Source of the DNA: Octopus vulgaris
Taxonomy: Eukaryota
Assembly: GCA_951406725.2 (NCBI GenBank)
Contig: OX597824.1
Coordinates: 25,730,001 to 25,794,000 of the forward strand
Reading direction: 5' to 3'
DNA length: 64,000 bases
Both the position numbers and the translations under genes were made by a program. How positions within the stretch are numbered: position 1 is the stretch's first letter; each line of letters begins with the position of its first letter. Positions 54,594-64,000 of this stretch are shown here, in pieces. The notes beneath the pieces are model-generated. The model worked only from the letters and a program-made list of their open reading frames with translations, was not told the DNA's origin and did no database searches.

Positions 54594-54760
54594 TAGGACA
54601 GGCTTCTTTCAGTTTCCGTCTACCAAATCCACTCACAAGGCATTGGTCGGCCTGAGGCTATAGCAGAAGACATTTGGCCAAGATGCCACGCAGTGGGACT
54701 GAACCCGGAACCATGTGGTTGGTTGGCAAGCTACTTACCACACAGCCACTCCTGCGCCTA
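54308..54760 (-). mobile_element. SINE family A, full length
   Basis: Reverse complement of the consensus, inserted in (TTTA)n. Confidence 0.88.
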
Positions 54761-55119
54761 TAATTTATTTATTTATTTATTTATTTATTTATTTGCATTT
54801 CTGCTCTTTCTGTCTTGGGATAGATATTTATGTGTATAAGTCTGTTTTCTGGAAAACTGAAACGGCAAATATATCTTATCATGGTTTATTCATTTTGCCC
54901 CAGCCAAATTTGTCTTTCATATGCTCAAAGAGAACGGCGATAATTTTGTGAAATAGCGATCAGATTATACTATAGAGCTTTTAATGCATTTAGGGAAGGC
55001 CATTTGCTTAGTTGATATAGTTTTTGTAAGGTAGTGAACATTTGAAAAAGTGATTTTGCCCTGGATATGAATTATGTATTATTTGTATGCATGTGTGTGT
55101 GTGTGGATGTATGTATGTA

Positions 55120-55180
<61 letters not shown>

Positions 55181-55262
55181 GTATATATATATACGTATAT
55201 ATATGTGTGTGCGTGTGTGTCTTTATATATGTGTGCGTGTGTGTGTATATATATGTGTAAAC

Positions 55263-55315
<53 letters not shown>

Positions 55316-55316
<1 letters not shown>

Positions 55317-55480
55317 CTTTATTTTCTCTCCTTGTTTCTTTCTGTGTTCCTTTCTGTGGAAAGGCGTAGGCTCGAAACGTTAAAGACTTTTCACTCCCGA
55401 GAGTTATACTAATACATCTGTTTGTTTTCTATACCACCTGTCTTCATCTTTTGTTTTGTTTTTTTCGTGAATTCTCTCTC
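55316..55480 (+). mobile_element. Small Penelope-like repeat with CUGUNGA motif, copy 3
   Basis: ctttCTGTGGAaaggcgtaggctcGAAACGTTaaag at 55350-55385. Confidence 0.58.
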
Positions 55481-55557
55481 TCTATATATATATATCTATG
55501 TATATATATATATGTGTGTGTGTATATATATATATGTGTATATATATATATATATAT

Positions 55558-55819
55558 GTGTTCTTGAGCAAGGCACTTTATTTCACGTTGCTCCAGTTCA
55601 CTCAGCTGTAGAAATGAGTTGCGACGTCACTGGTGCCAAGCTGTATCGACCTTTGTCTTTCCCTTGGATAACACTGGTGGCGTGGAGAGGGGAGGCTGGT
55701 ATGCATGGGCGACTGCTTGTCTTCCATAAACAACCTTGCCCGGACTTCTGTCTAGGAGGGTAACTTTCTAGGTGCAATCCCATGGTCATTCATGACCGAA
55801 GGGGGTCTTTACCCTTTAC

Positions 55820-55823
<4 letters not shown>
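55558..55823 (+). mobile_element. SINE family D, 5'-truncated
   Basis: Matches the reverse complement of 13680-13950. Confidence 0.75.
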
Positions 55824-55889
<66 letters not shown>

Positions 55890-57784
55890 ATATATGTGTG
55901 TATATATATATTTGTGTGTGTGTGTGTATGTAAGTATAGGAGAGTATTGTAGTTCACTTGAACATTGTGTATTGTTTGTAAAAAATAATAAAAAATTATA
56001 ATAATATGTCTTGAATGGCACAACAATGCACTATAATAACTGATGTAATTTAAATCATCCATAGTCTGTTCTAATATTTCGGAATATAAAAATTCCTTCC
56101 TCAGATATCCCTAGGACTTGATCGAGTGATATCAAGTTCTATAACCACAAAATTAGGGATAAAATTCGACAGGAACGAAATGAAAAAATTAAAAATTTTA
56201 CCATCTAGTTTCCTGGACCAATAGGTTTCTCATCTTAGTTTAACAAATAAATAATATTCGCTAGGTGAATATCATTGATTTCCCAATTGCTCCCCCCCAC
56301 CGGAAGCGTCTCTGCACTGGTGTCACGAAGCTCCTTCCGGAATTCCTCATGAGAAGTGCGTGAGGGCGGCCATGTCTCAAGCTCGTGTGGCTGACACATC
56401 CGTAATACTGCTTCTAAGTTATGTATTGTACGTGCAGTTTTCTTTTTACCCCTTTTTTTTTAACACATGAGCATGTCATAAAAAAAGAACCTACACGCGT
56501 GTAGACATCATTGTGTGTGTATGTATATATATATACCAATTAAGGACTGAACACGAAAAAGTGGACAGTCAACATGCTAGATATAGACGTCAAATCGCCA
56601 TTCTCCACAAAAGATTATGTTCTCAAATCAAACTCAACACAAACCCAAGCAATAAACAAGTGAAAATATACGAAAAACAATACTTATCAATCGCATTCTC
56701 ACCTGGAATCGATTTTTGTAAATTTTTCAAGACTTATACACGCCCTGATACCGTCGGTATCTACATATCAAATTTGAGTGCAATCGGATGGAGGATGCCC
56801 GAGATCCTAGAAGACACACACAGAGACACACAGAACGGATTTTACATAATAGATATAGGGCTCTGGATCTTTTCTGCTTGGCTGCTACTTTTCAGTTTCT
56901 TCAATTTCTGTTCCAATTGATTTCATATTTAGTGTAATAGTGTTGTTTTGTATCCTAATCATTGACATGAAATTCATTTTCGCCATAAATTGATAAATAA
57001 AAAGTTAATAGCTTTTAAAATTTGCTACTTTTGAGTGACACCTTCCAAATTCTGTTTTCTGAATGGGTAAAACTTATCAAATCTTAAAGCTCGATAACTT
57101 CTTTTAAAAATTTTTCAGGAAAAAGTTAGATATCTACTGAGATTCGGCGTTGAAAATTACATAAATCACCAAATTTTAAAATTTTCGCTAAAATTTCTAC
57201 ACGTGCAGGAGTGGCTGTATCGTAAGTTGCTTGCTTACCAACCACATGGTTCCGAATTCAGTCCCACTGCGTGGCACCTTGGGTAAGTGTCTTCTATAGT
57301 CTCGTATATATGTATATGTATATATATCTTCTCCTCTCCTTCCTTCTCCCCCCTCTCACCTCCCCTTCCTTCCACCCCCCTCACCCCCTCATCTCATCTC
57401 ATCTCTCGCCCCCTCTCCCCTTCATCTCCTCTCTTCTCTCCCCCTTTCACTCTCCCCACAACCCCCACTCTACCCCAACCCCCAGCCGAACCCACACCCC
57501 ACATGGGCTTTCCCCACCTCCCCACAACATCACACCACACTACACTACACTACACCATACGACACTACACTACACCATACGACATTACACATCACATCAT
57601 ACATGCATACACACGTCCAGACCTTTCATACGCACATACATACTCTCTTATACACACACGCACCCTTATGTTGGGGCGAGGTCATTTGACCCTGTTATCT
57701 CCCCTACTATCCCTCTTGCGTCTAACGTCTGATCTCTGACTTCTGGCCGAAATCAGACCGCCATGTTGAATCGTTAGCTCCTGC

Positions 57785-57965
57785 ACGCATTCTTTTCTCT
57801 CCTTGTTTCTCTCCGTGTTTCTTTTCTGTGTATCTTTCTGTTGAAGAACGTAGGCTCGAAACGTAAAAGACTTGTTTTATTTCTACTCCTGAGCGCCATA
57901 CTAATACAATTGTTTGTTTGTACTCCACCTGCCTTCGTCTTTTGTTTATTTTCGTAAAGCTTCCC
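57785..57965 (+). mobile_element. Small Penelope-like repeat with CUGUNGA motif, copy 4
   Basis: tctttCTGTTGAagaacgtaggctcGAAACGTAaaaga at 57833-57870. Confidence 0.6.
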
Positions 57966-57967
57966 GT

Positions 57968-58054
<87 letters not shown>

Positions 58055-58059
<5 letters not shown>

Positions 58060-58250
58060 TCCCCCCCCAACATCGCTTGACAACCGATGCAGGTGTGTTT
58101 ACGTCCCCGTAACTTAGCGGTTCGGCAAAAGACACGATAGGTTAAGTACAAGGCTTACAAAGAATAAATCCCGGGGTCGATTTGCTCGAATAAAGGCGGT
58201 GCTCCAGCATGGCCGCAGTCAAATGACTGAAACAAGTGAAAGAGTAAAGA
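58055..58250 (+). mobile_element. SINE family A 3' half (its head is probably at 57204-57300)
   Basis: Consensus match. Confidence 0.78.
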
Positions 58251-58751
58251 GAGAGGCGAGAGTATGTGCAACCAAACAGAAAGGATCCGGGACTCTTACA
58301 TGACAAATCGGAGATTATTGCGGAATATAGTGGACTTTAAAAAAATTTCCTTACTCATGTATATGTGCCTGTGTTGTGTGGGTGGGTGTCTGTGTATGTA
58401 TGTGTGTGTATGTGTGTGTGTGTGTATGAGAGAGAGAGAGAAAATGTACAGATACTTGATAATAATACAGCAGTTACTGAATAAAGCATAGACGCACTTG
58501 AAAGTAATTTAATTCTAAATTTCCAAGGGAAAGACACATGAATCAACTGTTCTTTCCAGTTAAGTGGAATGCTAATTGTCTTGTGAAAGCTGAAACAAAA
58601 TTACTCCTTTCTTTCTTTCTTTCTTTTTTTTTCCTGGTAGACTATAAAAGAAAAAAAGGCTTTATGTTTTTAATACTTGACCTACAAATCGCATTTTTTT
58701 TACCACAATTTTTTTTTTTTTTTGGCACCAGCGGTCTTGCTTTGTTATTCT

Positions 58752-59112
58752 TTTACTCTTTTACTTGTTTCAGTCATTTGACTGCGGCCATGCTGGAGCA
58801 CCGCCTTTAGTACTTATTCTATCGGTCTCTTTTGCCGAACCGCTAAGTTACGGGGACGTAGACACACCAGCATCGGTTGTCAAGCAATGCTAGGGGGACA
58901 AACACAGACACACAAACACATACACACACATATATATATACATATATACGACAGGCTTCTTTCAGTTTCCGTCTACCAAATCCACTCACAAGGCATTGGT
59001 CGGCCCGGGGCTATAGCAGAAGACACTTGCCCAAGATGCCACGCAGTGGGACTGAACCCGGAACCATGTGGTTGGTTAGCAAGCTACTTACCACACAGCC
59101 ACTCCTGCGCCT
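58752..59112 (-). mobile_element. SINE family A (further diverged copies at 59155-60115)
   Basis: Reverse complement of the consensus with a small deletion. Confidence 0.85.
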
Positions 59113-59862
59113 GTTATAAATTATTTTTCCCTTCTTTTTTTTATCTCTTTCCATAGGGACAGGCGTAGCTGTGTGGTAAGAAGTTTGGTTCCCAACTATA
59201 TGGTTCTTGGTTCAGTTCCACTGCGTGGCATCTGAGGCAAGTGTCTTCTACATAAAGTTTCAAGCCGACCAAAGCGTTGTGAGTGGATTTGTTAGATGGA
59301 AACCGAAAGAAGCCCATCGTGTATATATCTTCTTTTTTTTTTTTTTTTTGCTTCAATCATTAGACAGTAGCCATCCTGGGTCACTGCCTTGAAGAAACTT
59401 TAGTCGAAGCAATCGACTCCAGTACTTATTTTTTAAAGTCTGGTACTTATTATATCGGTCTCTTTTGCCGAACCATTAAGTTACGGGCAAAACAAACGCC
59501 AACAACAGTTGTCAGGGGGTGGGAGACAAACACATACACAAGCACGAACACACACACACTCTGGCATGTATGTATGTATGTATGTATGTATGTATGTATG
59601 TATGTATGTATGTATGTATGTATGTATGTGTGTGTGTGTATGTAGGTATGTATGTAGGTGTGTATGTATGTATGCATGTATGTACACGACGGGCTTCTTA
59701 CACTTTCTGTCTACCAAATCCACTCACAAAGCTTTGATCGGCCCAAGGCTAAAGCAGAAGATAATTGCCCAATGTGTCACGCAGCGGGACTGAACCCGGA
59801 ACCATGAGGTTGAGAAACAAGCGTCTTACAACACACGTATGTGTGTGTGTGTGTGCGTGTGT

Positions 59863-59938
<76 letters not shown>

Positions 59939-60212
59939 GTGTGTGTCTGTATTTGCCGCCCATCATCGCTATTCCCCGTAAACACACCAACAAAAGTGAC
60001 CGATAGAATAAGTACCAGGCTTTAAGAAAATTAGTTGTGGTGTCGACTCATTATTTAAAAAAAATTTTCAAGGCAACTCACCAGCGTGGCCGCAGTTTAA
60101 TGACTGAAACAAGTAATTATGATTTTGCGACAATTCACGTAACCATATATATATGATCAATTTTTATTTTGTTTTCCAGATTTTTGTAATACATATGAGG
60201 CATATCTCTACA

Positions 60213-61488
60213 ATGGCTTCAAGCACTTCAAAACACCGAGGACGCATCAACAAGGCAAATTCATACTGTTACGTATGAGAGGATTTCACAACAGTTGCAC
60301 AACGCTGAACAATTACTTGCCTCCTGAGAACGGCTTACTTTCATTATTTTGACTGTAAAATTGGACAACAGGACAAATCCTGAATGATCTTGCCCGTGAT
60401 TCTTATCTACCTAAGCAGTAGTCAGAGTTCCCGGCATCCGGCTTAAGAAGTGGAACCTGGTCAAGGCAGAGGCAAGGATCACCAGTTTCAGGACATGGAA
60501 CCAGGACTTTGCTTCATTCTTCGACATGGAAAACAGGTTGTGCTACTGCTTGTTCACATTCCTTGGTTTCCAACACAATTCCTCAGACTGACCCCTTTTC
60601 ATAGACTCTTCCAAGTGAAGTCTGAAAGCTGTACTCCAGCACAATAGGAATAAATACCCTGGCATTTCCATTGCCTACTCAGTCCATCTGAAGGAGCTGT
60701 ATGACAATATGGAGCTCCTTTTAGAAGCTGTCAAGTAGAACTAGTACTAGTGGAGTCTCTGCGGGGATCTCAGGGTCATTGGGCTCCTTATGGGTATGCA
60801 AGCGAGCTTCACAAAGTACTGTTGCTTTCTCTGTCTCTGGGACAGTCTGGCTGTGTCCAAGCATTACAAGCAAAAGGATTGGGGATCTAGGAGCACTTTC
60901 ATGCCTGGTGAACACAGTGGCCAAGAAAATCATCTGGTGCACATGAACAAGGTGCTTCTTCCTCCTCTTCATACCAAGCTTGGTTTAATGAAGAATTTCG
61001 TGAAGGCCAACACTTGTGCACTCTGTTCCCAGCTCTGAGTTCTGCTAAGCTCAAGGAGGGCATCTTCGCCGGACCTCAGATTCAAGAGGTGCTGAAGGAT
61101 AAGGACTTTGAGGAGCTTCTTAGCTTAAAGGAACTGAGGACATGGGAAGCATTTAAGTCAGTCCGCCATGGCTTCCTTGGTAACACACTGATACTAGATT
61201 ACCAAGAGCGTATCGAGTTGTTGGTCTTATGAGGATATGGGGTGCCGAATGTCATTCAAAATTCACTTTCTCCACCCCCACCACAACTTCTTCCCGCCGA
61301 AGCTCAGAATAGTGAGTGATGAGCATGGAGAAAAGTTCCACCAAGATATTATTAAGATGGATAGTAACTACCAAGACAAGTGGAACCCCAGCATGATGAG
61401 GGACTTTTACTGGATGCTCTTGCGTGACATCACACCGGAGGTAAAGTACACAAGATCGTGTACACAAAAACTCGCTGCTGTACTATGA
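60213..61488 (+). pseudogene. Second Chapaev3-type transposase relic (different subfamily)
   Basis: MASSTSK..YCYV; LCGDLRVIGLLMGMQASFTKYCCFLCLWDS; LPPLHTKLGLMKNFVKA; GIFAGPQI; SDEHGEKFHQDI. Confidence 0.78.
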
Positions 61489-62336
61489 TTTGTGTGTATT
61501 GTATTATCCAAGTGATTTAGTTCCATCTATGTTCTGTATTTATTCTGTTCAGAAAATTGAAGTGACCACATCAAAATTAGTAAAAAATAAACAATAAAAA
61601 AAAACACCTATTCACATCCTTGCTTCAGAGCAAAATGAAAATTTTGTAAATCATTGTTATTAACAAATTACACGAATTACTTCAAGCGAAAGATGTCCGA
61701 TTGTTACGCATTTGAGGCTTTTCGGCTATGAAGTAATAATGGTCGTATTTTCTTAACAATTACCCTTCGTTCTTTAAATGTTATTTCTTATCTTCCATGC
61801 ATCAACAGACACCAACACTGACATTTATTATAGGCGGTAGTATAACTACTAAATCCAAGACGACAGTATCAAGATATTTCACCGAACAATATCTTAGATC
61901 CGATGTTTTACCATAATCGCCCAAATACACTTGAGACATTTTACCGGATCATAATCACAGTGAAGACATATCGTATTTGATGGCTCAAAAGACGCGTGGG
62001 CATATTCGATGCACCCCAAATTCAACATTGCATTTTCAGGAAAAATAGTTGTTAGTTTACTAAAGCGTGTAATATTTAAAGCAATTTAAGATTGCATTAC
62101 AAAACATTATAAAAATACTTTAGCAACAGAGCTGAACATAAAGCAATGTCAAGCTAGGTTCAAGAGACCGTCTGGATTAAAATTAGCCTATAGTAGTGAG
62201 TGTCAGGGACAAGCCTGGTTTAAAGGAGGACTAACTTTGCAAATAGAACCCGCGGGAGGAGAATGTTTTGAGACATTTTTTTTAGTAAAAGTGCATCTTA
62301 TAAGCCATCGGATGCGGTAACTAGTATCATATAGAC

Positions 62337-62537
62337 CAGTGCTTTTCAAACTTCTTGCTGGAGTAGAACCCCAAGGAAACATTCCACTGGCTCGAGGAAC
62401 CCCTGTGCAATAATTTAATAGTTTTATGCACACATATCTGCACAGGAGAATTTAAAATCACTGCCGATTTTAGCAGTTTTGTAACTTCTTGCGGAACCCC
62501 TGGACTGTACTGGCGGAACCCTGGTTGAAAACCACTG
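62337..62537. mobile_element. hAT (Charlie-like) MITE
   Basis: TIRs cagtgcttttcaa / ttgaaaaccactg; perfect 8-bp TSD atatagac. Confidence 0.88.
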
Positions 62538-63098
62538 ATATAGACTTACTCTTAAAATACATGAGTATTTTAAAAGAGTAAGACTATACAGGGTATAGCC
62601 TTACTTTTAAAATACATGAACACACTCAACACACGCACAAATAATAATATACACACATGCAAAATACACTTAAACATATATACGCACAAATATATATTTC
62701 TACGCAAACATCGTCCATGCGGACGTAGACATGCTACTCTTCGTTTCCGAATAGGTTTTTCCACTTCTTTTCCTTCTTATTCGTTACGTTGGTTTTCCTG
62801 ATGACTGAGAAGACCAATCCTTGTTCGTCATGAGCGTCCGTACGAGCAGCATTTGGCCGAGGGAAGTGGTGGATCTGATTAGGATTTGCAGTGTTTTCTT
62901 TTTCTTTTTTTTTTCTTCCGTTTTCTTTGTGGTGTCATTTCATTTCTGCAATGTTCTTGCAGGCGCGTGTGCGCATATATATATATATGTGTGTGTGTGT
63001 GTGCATACTCGTATAAAGATATATATACATGCATATATATAGAGCGATGTATACATATATGTACAGACACACATATATACACACACACACACATATAT

Positions 63099-63131
<33 letters not shown>

Positions 63132-63154
63132 GCGCGAGAGAGAGAGAGAGTCTC

Positions 63155-63325
63155 ACGCCGTTTTTCTTTTCATTCTCTCCGTTTTTTGCCCCTTAATACT
63201 TTCTGTCGAAGAGCGTAGACTCGAGACGTAAAACACTTTTCTATTCTTCCCGAGCGTTAAACTAATACAGCTGCTTGTTGCTCCCACACTCGTCTTCGTC
63301 TTTTAGTTTCTGTAAAGTTGAATTG
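63155..63325 (+). mobile_element. Small Penelope-like repeat with CUGUNGA motif, copy 5 (decayed)
   Basis: actttCTGTCGAagagcgtagactcGAGACGTAaaac at 63198-63235. Confidence 0.55.
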
Positions 63326-63407
63326 TATGTATACACACATATGTATGCAAGCATAAACATACAGATGCATACATGCGCATATAATGCATGGTTAAAAGAA
63401 CATAAAT

Positions 63408-63670
63408 CATCATCATTTAACGTCCGCTTTCCATGCTAGCATGGGTTGGACGATTTGTCTGAGGACTGGCGAACCAGATGGCTACATTAGGCTCCAATCT
63501 CGATCTGGCAGAGTTTCTACAGCTGGACGTCCTTCCTAACGCCAACCACTCCGAGAGTGTAGTAGGTGCTTTTACGTGCCACCGGCACGAGGGCCAGTCA
63601 GGCGGTACTGGCAACGGCCACGCTCAAATGGTGTTTTTTTACGTGCCACCTGCACAGGAGCCAGTCCTGT
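63408..63670 (-). mobile_element. Retroposon 3' end with (ATG)n tail, RTE-like
   Basis: Minus ends ccaacccatgctagcatggaaagcggacgttaaatgatgatg. Confidence 0.55.
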
Positions 63671-63864
63671 GAAGTTCAAAATTCACAAAAGCTGTTTCGG
63701 CAGCAATCTTACATTACATCATGACGAAAATCCGTAACCTTCGGGTAACTTTTACACCTACGTGTAAGGTAGAAATAGAAGCTTGATTCGCTCACCAGTT
63801 ACATGGTGTCCAAAATTTACCTGGTGATGGTAGATTTTTGCCATGATGTAATATAGGATTATTC

Positions 63865-64000
63865 TTTTATTTGTTTCAGTCATTTGACTGCGACCATGCT
63901 GCAGCACTGCCTTATAGGGCTTTAGTCGAACAAATCGACCCCAAGACTTTTTTAAAGCCTAGTATTTATTCTATTGGTCTCATTTTGCCGAACCGCTAGT
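63865..64000 (-). mobile_element. SINE family A 3' end, cut by the window edge
   Basis: ttgtttcagtcatttgactgcg...ttttgccgaaccgcta. Confidence 0.8.

Noticed and set aside
57271-57739. Pro/His-rich 150-aa ORFs
   Set aside because: Low-complexity pyrimidine and CA-rich sequence

Overview
AT-rich, microsatellite-saturated, gene-poor eukaryotic DNA. The repeat landscape looks like an octopus/coleoid cephalopod genome (inference from memory, not a database result). There is one host gene, a class A GPCR with an uninterrupted 423-aa ORF (9136-10407, minus) and a splice acceptor 21 nt upstream of its ATG. Everything else is mobile DNA: an intact 1272-aa R4/Dong-type RT+RLE retrotransposon in a head-to-tail stack at (TAA)n; several tRNA-derived SINE families; Helitron-like elements; hAT- and Merlin-like MITEs; and mariner/Tc1, MULE, Chapaev3 and L1/Tx1 relics. 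Most short ORFs in the track are microsatellite artefacts. Best leads: (i) small Penelope-like elements carrying minimal hammerhead ribozymes, including a five-copy family with a non-canonical CUGUNGA core; (ii) a 555-bp non-coding passenger element riding the R4/(TAA)n stack; (iii) SINE dimers and trimers enclosed by a single target-site duplication; (iv) a MITE carrying an expandable TTAGGG tract; (v) several long palindromes. All alignments were done by eye, so coordinates of degraded repeats are approximate.
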